Of a stretch of 64,000 nucleotides of DNA, positions 1 to 11,442 are shown one piece after another. The notes beneath the pieces were generated by a model. The model had not been told where the DNA came from. It did not search any database and saw only the letters and a program-made list of their open reading frames with translations. This stretch comes from Leidyana gryllorum EB-2025a (taxonomy: Eukaryota; Protista; Apicomplexa): the NCBI GenBank assembly GCA_048772705.1, contig JBLWGC010000173.1, positions 124,001-188,000 on the forward strand. Direction: 5' to 3'. The position numbers were made by a program, and so were the translations under genes. The stretch's first letter is position 1. Every line of letters starts with the position of its first letter.

Positions 1-338
1 TGAAGCCATTTCTTCTCAATCACGTAGGCGCCGACTTGTTGAGCCCATTCTTTGGGCGCCCCGCCATGAATGTGCTCGTTTCGCACAAACAAATATACAA
101 ACCAGTCGCTCTCTAGATCCAACTGGGAAACTTCTGGCGATTCTCTCGCTAACGTGGCCCTTTCCTTCCGACAACTCAGGTCAAAACCGAGGAAAAAGCC
201 ACCAATGTCTTCCGTGTTAGTCGCCTCAACTGTGCAGGTCAAACTGTGGTCACGTGTTGCCGCTACATCAGCTACACGTGCTGGGTGCCCCATCACCACG
301 TGTAAGGTACTAGCTATGTAAGTCCCGATTTCTTCCAT
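1..338 (-). CDS. Hypothetical protein, 5' part (runs off the window edge)
   Basis: ATG at 338 opens a stop-free frame to the window start (MEEIGTYIASTLHVVMGHP...). No recognisable motif. Confidence 0.35.
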   Translation of the reverse strand, partial: MEEIGTYIASTLHVVMGHPARVADVAATRDHSLTCTVEATNTEDIGGFFLGFDLSCRKERATLARESPEVSQLDLESDWFVYLFVRNEHIHGGAPKEWAQQVGAYVIEKKWL

Positions 339-429
339 CGTACGTAGAAAGCTTCTCTTCTCGGCACAACTCGGGATCGTCGGCAACACGCCCATCCAGC
401 CTTGTTTTTTTCAGATCGCCAAATGCAAA

Positions 430-1804
430 TCAATGCCGAACACTCAACATCGCAGTTGTAATGAATGCTTCCAAATGGCACAGGTCTTTCACTCCTCCAA
501 CACTCCGCGAAATCACCCACGACTACCAATCGGGTTGTACCGCACACAACACACACGTGAAGTCACTTACGTAATGCGCAGCTGCCTTGGCCACCAACCC
601 CCGATGTCGGTCACTGGAACAACGCTGGAGCAACAGCGTCACCATGTACTGCTCACACAATTCAAACCACCCCGTGTGACGACCATTTCATCCTACTCAC
701 CTCGAGAATAGTCTGCGCATCAACGCACGACACCATGACCTGTCCAAGCAGCTCTCTGATTTCAAGCGTTCTGAAACGAGGAAACAGCCGTTACACCCGA
801 ATCACCTTGAACCTTCTCCCCCCAACACCGCTTCCCGTCACTCACGCGTTTGCAGCATTTGCAATGTTGACATTGATCACTTTGTCGGTGCAATCGCTCA
901 CGTGCTGCTTCCAGATAGGCTGTATCGAAGAAACGGGAGGTCGGGAGCCTTTCTTGTTGTAAGCCATTTGACACAGAACCAAAGCAGCTCTCAGGTTACA
1001 CCTTGATGTTTGGACGATGTTTCTCAACAAGTCCCCATCAATCGAGTAGTGCTCCTTCTGGCACACATCCAAAACCACTTTCTGGACCTCAGCGGGTGAG
1101 GGAGCCGGTACCCGAATGCAGTAACAACGACTCTTCAAAGGAGCGATTATCTAGAAACGCAGCTGTGGACGGGCAGGCACGCTTCTTACACACTCACTCC
1201 TGATAGTCGTTCACAGAGCATCACGATACGTGTATTAGCAGTAAACTTCTCCAGAGTTCGGCGCAAACTCGCTTGAGCGGCCATAGTGAGGAGATGTGCT
1301 TCATGAATGACAAATACTACGCGACGACAATAAGAATGATCACAGCACCCTCGAAACTCACCCCTGTACCGCGGCGTTTCTTTCATTTGATGCTGAAACA
1401 AACAAGCAGATGGCTGCGCAGATATCTGCTTGATGACCAGCTGGATCGCCTGTTTGTCCCGTAATCCCAAGTCGCTAGCAAAGACTGTACAAGACCCATT
1501 TCACAGCTTCCCATTAGACCCTCAAGCTCTCACGGTCAGTGTGATATTGCGAGGATCGGATATTGAAAGCCGTTGATGAGTTTTCAAACTCGATCTCATC
1601 AGCTCGCGTCTTCTCCACAGAGTCCCCGAATAAACCTTTTAAGAGACATTTGATACGAGTCTCTTTCCCGGCTCCACTCGGACCATAAAGGATGAGATGG
1701 GGGATGTCCTGCTGTTTGACAAAACGTTGGAGGGTTGCAGTGATGTCAGGATGATAGGACAATTCGTCAAGCGTCTTTGGCTGATAGGAATCCAACCACA
1801 ACAT
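430..1804 (-). CDS. RFC3: Replication factor C small subunit (human RFC3 / yeast Rfc5 type), multi-exon
   Basis: N-terminus MLWLDSYQPKTLDEL, HLILYGPSGAGKET (degenerate Walker A), IHEAHLLTMAAQASLRRTLEKF, SRC motif, CNLRAAL, and C-terminal CHLEAFI with TGA at 430-432. Exons are separated by short GT-AG introns. Confidence 0.92.
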
Positions 1805-1879
1805 TTGAGATGGAGTCGTTCAATGTAAGAAAAAGGGAGCTCATAATGGAAAGTTTTGAGCAACAAGATGACACAGCCC

Positions 1880-3059
1880 CTAAGCAGATTGACCATCCTC
1901 TTGAGGAGCCTGTTTTTCACTGGTGCCTTCTGATTCCTCGCGCTTCTGGGAAGGTGAAGCCTCCTCAGTCGGTGACCCAGTCTCATCTCGGGCATCGAGG
2001 GCCTCCTGCCGTCTCCGGTCGGCTTCGGCTTCAGCAGCAGCGGCCTCGTCAGCCAATTGTTGTTCCCAATACTCTTCATCCTCAGCGTAGTCGTTCTCAT
2101 CAATAGCTTGGGCATCGTCGACGAACAGACTCGGGTTGAAGGCGAACAGATCACGTCCAGACATACCGGCCCCTTTCTGTCCCTTGCCCTCAGCAGCTTT
2201 CCGTTTGGCTTCCTCTGCCTGTTCCTTAGCTTCTTGCGTCTTCCGAAGCTTCCATGCAGTAAAGGTTTCCAGAGTGACCGGAGTCCCTCCAGCGGGCAAA
2301 GCGGCTCTTTCACGCTCAATAACCTCCTCGATTGGCTCCTCATCATCGTCGTTCTCTTCAACTTTCTCCTTCTTCTTGAGTACGTAGCCAGGAGGAAGAC
2401 AGTGCTTGTACTGACAAGCATCCCCGTTCGGGCACACCCAAAACCAGCCGTAAAGCCGTTTTTCCAGTGCATCCAGGAAGTATTTACAAACAATATCTGT
2501 TGTCGCCTTGTGCGCGCCATGTTTCGTCTTGACCACCAACTCCAGTTTGGCCTGACAAAGTGTTAGTAGTGACCGACACACGGGGTTATTGGCCACCTTA
2601 CCTGATCCCAATCGTCAATGGTCTCTTCATTGCTCTTCTTCTGCTGATCACGCTGGTCGGTGTAAAGGTCAATGGCCTGCTCCTCTCTGATTGACCGGGG
2701 GTCAGTCTTCTTGGCATTAGGGTCAACGTTAAGCTTTTTGATGTTCTCTGTGCCTTTGAATAAGCTAGCCAACAGGGCCTGTTGCTTGAGCGCGGCCTTC
2801 TTGGCTTCCTTCTGAGCATGTTGATCCGCCGCAATTTCTTCCTGAGATTTCATACGGCCCCCAGTGGCCTGCTGTTGAACGCTCCGGATATATCTGAGTA
2901 GGAGAAATTGACTCGGAGGGTCAACTTTTCTAGGACTTACTTCTGAACTGCCTTCGATTTGTTCTTATTCTTCAAGCCAAAGGTCTTGTCCTCAACGACT
3001 TTCTGCTTTGCCTTCTCGGCAGCCTTCTGTTGGCCCTTGTCGACCTTCTTCGGGGGCAT
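1880..3059 (-). CDS. ZC3H15: CCCH zinc-finger protein ZC3H15/Tma46/DFRP1, multi-exon
   Basis: MPPKK...KVVEDKTFGLKNKNKSKAVQK N-terminus, IDLYTDQRD, CKYFLDALEKRLYGWFWVCPNGDACQYKHCLPPGYVLK, TPVTLETFTAWK, GMSGRDLFAFNP. Confidence 0.93.
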
Positions 3060-3280
3060 TGTGACTACGCACTCCCTTCCCCTGGGTATTCAAATGGGAG
3101 CAGAATTTTTTTTTGAGATAGTGATGATAAGTGATGGATGGATATTGGTATTGATTGCCCAGACGTTTAGGCAACGATCAGTCAGACAGACAGAAGAAGA
3201 AGTTTGAGTTCAACCAGCAGGAGAAGTATTGATTGGTACGCGCGGGGCCTCCCTCACGTCGCAGCACCCACAATCCACTG

Positions 3281-4104
3281 TCACCGTTCATACAGTTTCT
3301 TCTGTTCCTTTTTCTCCTTCTTAGTCTTCTTCTGCTTCACCTTAGTACCACCAACACCAGTCTCTCCCTCCGCACTCTCCTCGCCGGCTGGCTTCTTGGC
3401 ACCATCTTGTCGACGTCTTTGACCAGCAGCTGCTGCTACACGCGCCCGCAGCTGAGCTTTGGCCTTCTCTCGGTCGGCGTTCGCAGCCTGCTCATCGACA
3501 ACTTCTTCTTCAGCAGACTCCTTATTGGCTTCCGCCGGGGCACCACCCACTGCGACCGTGTTGTAGCGTTGACACTATTGTGTTGGACTCACTCTTTAAT
3601 TCCTTGAACAGCGCATCGATATTCTCGCTGTCTTTTGGCCCTTTGCCACCACCGCCTCCCTTGCCCTTTTTACCCGGCTTCGTGGCTTTTTTCGCTGCAA
3701 CACAAGTAGTAGACAACACTCAGACCATTAGTCAGCTTACGTGGAGGGGGGAGATCCAGGTTGAAGGGGTCAGGCTGGTTGGTTTCGTCCTCTTCATCCG
3801 AAGAGGCGCTCTCCTTATGGTCCTTCTCTTTGGCAGAAGTACTGTTGGCCGCAACCTCATGATCGTCATCGTCGTCCTCATCATCGTCATCATCCATATC
3901 CGCCCAGTTCATAGTAGCCATCTTTTGGCTCTGAGCGCGCATTTTCTCCCTGTGCCGCTGCGACCGCTCCTGCTCCTTAGCTGCACGTTCGGCCTCTAAG
4001 TCCTTCTGCTTCTGCAGCTCCTCCTCTTCGCCCAGGATGGCAAAGGTGTTGAGTTTCGTGGACGTACCCGCCCGGCGCCCCTCATTGGTGATTCTTGATC
4101 GCAT
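3281..4104 (-). CDS. Hypothetical highly charged low-complexity protein, multi-exon
   Basis: Consecutive same-strand ORFs (3670-4143, 3522-3719, 3281-3550) with Lys/Glu/Asp-rich content (NTFAIL, MNWADMDDDDDED, IDALFKEL), linked by GT-AG introns. Confidence 0.6.
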
Positions 4105-4114
4105 CCTTGAGTGA

Positions 4115-5754
<1,640 letters not shown>

Positions 5755-6303
5755 ATTTGGAAACCAGTCTCGATTGTTGTGAAAGAGCTCTTTTGAGAAT
5801 AGCCAGCGAGCGAGTGAGCGAGCGAGCGCGAAGAGTCACCAATTCGATTGCAAACCCGGGGCTGTAGAAGAAGACGAGCCCACGGATTTGGTCAATTCAA
5901 ATACGTCAATGCTGAAATACTGGACGCATTATGGCAGAGTGTCCCCCATCCCTTCAAATGCGGGTGGGGTGGTAAATCGGGGTCTCATTCGTGGACCCGA
6001 TGGATGCACCTGTCCAGCATTGCCGTGCATCGAGCAGAATTGTACGTACAAGCGGAGAGTGCGTAGAGAACGTCGGCGATCTAGGATTGCCAGCGCTGCT
6101 AGAGGTTTGCCCCTAACAGAACCCCTTCTACTACCCCCAGCATCTCCACACACAGCCCCGCATTGGCTTGCTTGCATTTTCACTCCTCCCAAAGATACAC
6201 CTCGCACATCCGAGAACCCAAGTCCCGTAACGAGTCCGTCTGGTCGCGCATCTGCTAGCTTCAGCATACGTGTAAGATTTTTCAGGCTTGACCAAAAACG
6301 CCA

Positions 6304-7757
6304 ATGTCCTTCCGTCAGGGCACCGCTAAATCCCTCTCTTCAACCCCAGTCGCCGAAGCTCACGAGTCTTTAGAGCTTGGCGATGCCGCACCCGCTGTGG
6401 AACACCAAAATGGAGGCGCCAAGGTCAGCATATGGCAAGGTATACTATTTCTAGTGGCGGGTACTGCACAATTGTTCTACTGGAATGCACTATTAAATAT
6501 GATTGGCGATATCAACGATGAGTTCTACAAAGATAACTCCAATCTTTCTGATACACTCACCGCCGTCTACAACACATTCAACTTGCTGACTGCCATCCTC
6601 ATCACCTGGCGCGGTTCTCTTAATATTCCTCTCAACATAGGAGCAGGCTGTGCCCTCGCTCTTTCCCACATTATCACAGGTGTCTGCGTACAATCGATAA
6701 AGGTATGTTTCAAAAATTCCCTGAAGATCTAACGTGATCGATCATCAACACTTTCTCCCGATCTACAACACTTTCTCCCAACACTTTGGAATGTTTGAAA
6801 TGTGTGTCTGGAATGTGTGTCTCCTTTGTGCAGGGTGTTGGAAGCGTGGTCGTCCTCCATATACTGTGCGCCGTCGCCGGAGGTGCCGGCGGTTTATTCC
6901 AAGCATGTCACTACGCACTTGCTGGATCTATGCCGAAGCCAATGTCCGGCTGGGTGTCGGTGGGGAATGGTATATCAGGATTACTGACCTTCGGACTGTG
7001 GATGCTTTTCTCTGAGGCTGCACTGAAGGGAAGGATACTGGCGTGTCTATGGTGGACCATGGGTATTGGTGCTGCACTGTTGATTTTCAGCAACTACTGT
7101 ATGTGGCGGCTAGCTCAACGGCCTGAAGTGGCGGCCAATATGGACAACACGCGTCAGAGGATTGCGATGCTCAAGAATGATCCATCAACACCCTCGTACT
7201 GGGCAGTGTTCAAAATGACCGCCCCGATGACGATGAGTATCTTCTTTGTCTTCTTCATAACTCTATTCGTAAGCAATGCCCGTTGACTTGCTGATCGGAC
7301 GGTGATGTTTGATTTGCAGTTGTATCCTAACATCGGTCCGTTCCGCTGGAACTACGATGGCAATACGGAAGCCAACGTGTTGATGGGTATGTATCAAGTT
7401 GGCGACTTTGTTGGAAGATCTTTATCACTGTTGGCGGGTTGGATGCCCTGGTTGATTCTGAGCCCCAAGATTCTGTACTCCTCAGTAATTGGACGTCTCG
7501 TATTTTTGCTGCTCTTCGTCCTCATGTGGAAGCAGCCCGACGTGTCAATCTGGGCTAGTTATGGGTGGCAGATCTTTATGATGCTCTGCTTGTCCATCAC
7601 CAATGGATGGTTCGGTACTTGCGGAATGATTCATGGGCCTGGACGCGTTCCCAACGAAGAGCACCGAGCGCGTGGCGCCGCTATCTGTCTTGTCGGACTA
7701 CTGGCTGGTATTGTCGCTGGTTTGTGGTGCGCCAAGCTGGCAACATTGGGCGGTTAA
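6304..7757 (+). CDS. Equilibrative nucleoside transporter (ENT/SLC29 family), multi-exon
   Basis: Many hydrophobic segments. Motifs: LFYWNALL, SVGNGISG, FFITLFLYPNI (across an intron), YQVGDFVGRS, LSITNGWFGT, terminal GLLAGIVAG. Introns at about 6703-6833 and 7269-7319. Confidence 0.88.
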
Positions 7758-7911
7758 ACGGCGGCGCCCTCGCAGCCAAATACTCTCCGTTAAACGCTCC
7801 CGACTCTCTCTCCACTTTTTCCTCTCGCGAGAAGACCTTTTTCTTTTGGGCACGGAATTCGCTCCTGTGCCGGCCTCCTCCACTGACTATTATTAATACG
7901 ATGGAAGCTGT

Positions 7912-9673
7912 CTAATTTGCTCGCGTTGCTCTCTGTGCTGATTGATGATTTGCCGACAGGATCGAATGAGTGGGTGAGTGAGTCATTGATTTATCATTCA
8001 TCCACTCATCTGTTGTCGTCTTGGCTACGATTGATTCACTTATTATCACAACTATTACCCCGTCGAACGGTTCCCTTCCTCCTGCAACAATCCGAGACAT
8101 AGCACATCTCGATCCTGCACCCGTCGCGCTGTAACCAGATCCCGAATCAATTGATTCCTGATTTGAATGAAAGACAGATAAATCTTCGGTGGTGCCTAAC
8201 ACCACCCATCGGTGCATACCTGGCCGTGTTCTGTGCAATAAACTCGTTCAGTATGGTAGCATTGCGGAACGCAACGAACAGAGCAGTGAACGGAGCTGTT
8301 TGCATGTTGGTTGCAGGCACCCGCTCCACTCCCGGTGTCCGATGGTCATTGCCAGTGTCACCGGTAACTCCAATCGGCAACAGACTGCTCAGAGCCCCAT
8401 AGAGAGACACAAAAGCGCTCACAAACCGTCCTGTGTGCCTGTCCCAGAATAATCAGCAGTAATAAGTCGAGTCGAGTGCAGTCGCCTGTAGACACTTACA
8501 GAAAGGCCACTGCGGCATTGTTGAGTAGACTCAGCTCCACCAATCTGACATCCGTCGGTCCATCGGCGAAAGCCGTAGCTGCGCTCTGGAAGGCTTGAGC
8601 CGCATCACTCCCTTCCACGGCTTGGGTCATGAAGGCTCTGTAGTCACATACACAGCGAGCAGCGTCACATATAATATGTCTCAGCGGCGCCTCACCGTCC
8701 AATTTGACCAATCACGGGGCTCGACTGGCTCAACCGATGAAGGATTTGTACACCTTCTTCGTGTCGTCCAACCTGCGCACACAGAGATGAAGCGCGCGGT
8801 GGGCATGTTGAACTGTAAACGTACTCTGATAGCCGTTTTTACTCTCAGCAGCTCCACAGCAGGAGTGTGTGGGGCAGACTCTAGGAGCAGGCGAGCCGAG
8901 TCCGCCTGTTGATCAGCAAGTAGAACTTCAACAGCTCTGATAGTACACGACTCAGACATCAGAGCGGCGTTGTTCCAGCCCACCGCTATGGGCGGGTTGT
9001 TGAACCGAACTGCCGGAGTTGACTGAACGACATCCAGATAAGATTTCAATAGCTGCAATCGTTCCACCGCTTGGCTATAATTGCGAGCGGATATGGAGAT
9101 TTCGATAAGCAGAGTGGCTGCGAGCGCGAAGATTGGGAAAGGCACCGCATGTAGAGGATGCTGTGGAGATGGTGTGAAGCACTGGAGGGCTTCCCAACTG
9201 GGCTCGACTGACACAAGTGCGCTGCAGCGGGGAGCCGCGAGGGAAACCGACATTGAGGATTCAGTGACCACCTGATGCCCTTACGAACTCATTTGACGCC
9301 ATATGTCATCTGTACCGGTCCACTTGAGGGCATTGAGGGCATGGTTGACCTCATTCTCTGCATTTGGCTGCATCTGGTGGGAGACTGTGATGGTACTGGT
9401 GGCAGAGAGAGTGGTGCTTACTCCCCATTTGAATGAGATGAAAGCTTTACATAAGAGCAGAAAGGCCGAAGGTGGGGACTGCACCTCTACGGTGGTATTG
9501 GCAACCTGATCATGGTGGCAGTAGGTGAAGGAGAGAGAGCTGTTTTGGTCACCTTCCAAGCTGGGCCCCATATGGCCTGGAGAAGTTGGAAAGCTCGACC
9601 ATATTCGCTGTTGCGTAGCGAGGCAAAGAAGAGAGGCCAAGTCATTTAGGCGAACGACGACGATGCTTTTCAC
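7912..9673 (-). CDS. Hypothetical helical-repeat (TPR-like) protein, multi-exon; weak resemblance to CNOT10
   Basis: Chain of minus-strand ORFs (9281-9673, 8681-9271, 8496-8711, 8147-8422) with amphipathic helical content (LLIEISISARNYSQAVERL, LLNNAAVAFL). Boundaries are uncertain. Confidence 0.4.
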
Positions 9674-10001
9674 TAATGGCTCGATCTGCGAGCAGGTGGG
9701 TTTTGTTGTGCATAAAATGGCACGTCAATATACACCTCCAAACGTGTGAGAAAATTAGAGAAAAAGGGAGAAGTCTAATATTGCCCTCCGACTCTGACGC
9801 GAGAGACGTATGAAAAGAGGTATCTTCTCGTAAAGGCCGCGCCTCGCTTTCTCAGATATCAAGATGAGAGTCTCTCCCCAACAATATCAACAGGGGCACT
9901 TGGAACTCACATGGGTAGGGCTTCATCAAAGATCTCCTCTTTACGTTGAGATGTCGAGCGATTCGTCCAAACTCCACCGATGAGAGAGGTGCTTCAGCGG
10001 G

Positions 10002-10079
10002 GAGTGAGTGAGAGTGAAAGTGAAAGTGTGAATGAGAGTGAAAGTGTGAATGATAGTGAAAGTGTGAATGAGAGTGAAA
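10002..10079. repeat. Tandem minisatellite, about 18-bp unit GAGAGTGAAAGTGTGAAT, about 4 copies
   Basis: Read directly: ...gagagtgaaagtgaaagtgtgaat gagagtgaaagtgtgaat gatagtgaaagtgtgaat gagagtgaaa... Confidence 0.9.
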
Positions 10080-10200
10080 TTTAGTGAAGAAGAAGCGAAA
10101 GAAGCTGAGAGTGATATCCAATTCAAAAGTTACAAGTCTTGATTCATATTCGATTAAACCGAGGTGTTGGCCGATTCTTCGTTCGCAGTTCGGGCTGTAT

Positions 10201-11235
10201 TTATCGCAGGCAGAAACCTTCACCGAAAGGGTCTCTCGGGTCCAGAACAAAAGTGCTGAAGGCAGTTATGTAAGCGTGCCCAGCAACATAGGGAATTACA
10301 CCGGCAAAAGTGGCCGTTTCACCCTTGATTTCCGTTTCGCGCAACACTCGCGCTCTGAATTTCGCCCCCACAATCGATTCATAGACAAAGTCTTCGTTCA
10401 GGCCCAATTCACCCTTGGCATACATCAGAGCTACCTTTGCGGAAGTTCCGGTGCCACAAGGCGATCGGTCCACTTGTCCGTCACCGAAAACCACCACATT
10501 ACGGGCATTAGCAGTCGTGGTACGAGTACTGTAGAATTCAACAAGATCAACTTTGTTAATATGCGCCCGCGTGGGATGTTGCACGGGAATGTTTTCGTTC
10601 ACATAGTCTCGGATAAGCAGACCCACCCGAGAGAACTCCGAAGCGTTCTCGGGCTCGATCTTCATATCGAGATCATAATTGTTGTCCACGTTAACGATCA
10701 CAAAGAAGGATCCACCAAACGAGATATCGAATTTCACGTGACCGACACCCGGAAGATTTTCGATCTCAATGTTCGATTGGTAAACAAAGGAGGGAACGTT
10801 CTGGAAGCCAACTTCGCCAACATCATTATGCTCCCCACTAACAGCCGCGTGTACCTCCACAAATCCGGCAGGCGTGTCCAATCGTACTATAGTTTCCGGC
10901 TGCTTTACTTCGACCATCCCTGTGCTCACAGCAGCAGTCACAGCTGCGATAGTATTGTGTCCACACATGTTCAGGTATCCACCAGCGTCCATAAAGACAA
11001 TGCCAAAGTCACTATCTTTGTTCACAGGCGGGGTAAGATACGCGCCGAACATGTCGTTATGCCCACGAGGCTCGAGCATTAGCATTTTACGTAATCCATC
11101 ATGCTTCGTCTTCATATACGATCTCTTCTCTGCCATATCATCACCAGGGAAATTCAACAGTCCTCCGGTCACAATACGAGCAGGTTCACCAGCGCAGTGA
11201 GCGTCAATAACACTTAGAGAACGGACGTACTTCAT
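10201..11235 (-). CDS. PRAC: Proline racemase (PrdF/TcPRAC type), single exon
   Basis: IDAHCAGEPARIV, MLEPRGHNDMFGA, GIVFMDAGGYLNMCGHNTIA (first catalytic Cys), FDISFGGSFF, NVVVFGDGQVDRSPCGTGTSA (second catalytic Cys), ESIVG, C-terminal DPRDPFGEGF. ATG at 11235. Confidence 0.95.
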   Translation of the reverse strand: MKYVRSLSVIDAHCAGEPARIVTGGLLNFPGDDMAEKRSYMKTKHDGLRKMLMLEPRGHNDMFGAYLTPPVNKDSDFGIVFMDAGGYLNMCGHNTIAAVTAAVSTGMVEVKQPETIVRLDTPAGFVEVHAAVSGEHNDVGEVGFQNVPSFVYQSNIEIENLPGVGHVKFDISFGGSFFVIVNVDNNYDLDMKIEPENASEFSRVGLLIRDYVNENIPVQHPTRAHINKVDLVEFYSTRTTTANARNVVVFGDGQVDRSPCGTGTSAKVALMYAKGELGLNEDFVYESIVGAKFRARVLRETEIKGETATFAGVIPYVAGHAYITAFSTFVLDPRDPFGEGFCLR

Positions 11236-11442
11236 TGTTTTACAGGAAAAAGACTGACCCGACAAGAGAGCTGTCGTTCAAGTCTCCAAGACTGATTGTG
11301 CAGAATTGATTTAGATAGATAGCTCTTACACTCAATTGGAGACGCACTCGAACAGTCCCAAACCGATACCCATATCCAGAACTCGGTGCTGCGCGTGTTG
11401 GTGCACCCCCTCCACACAGCCAAATTAAGGCTTTTTGGTACC

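Noticed and set aside
1655-1690. Non-canonical Walker A (GAGKET) in the RFC subunit
   Set aside because: The RFC3/Rfc5 subunit normally has a degenerate P-loop (GKKT), so this is not evidence of a pseudogene.
1639-2520. 293-aa minus-strand ORF overlapping ZC3H15 and RFC3
   Set aside because: It is an alternative frame of ZC3H15 with no recognisable features.
10002-10079. Possible CRISPR array
   Set aside because: The repeats are contiguous with no unique spacers, there are no cas genes, and the context is eukaryotic.
9852-10250. ORF with a His-rich FHSHSHFHYHSH tract (metal-binding look)
   Set aside because: The tract is just the translation of the 18-bp minisatellite, and nothing else supports coding.
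10084-11082. 332-aa plus-strand ORF antisense to the proline racemase
   Set aside because: It has a non-ATG start and no motifs, and is best explained as a shadow frame of the real minus-strand gene.
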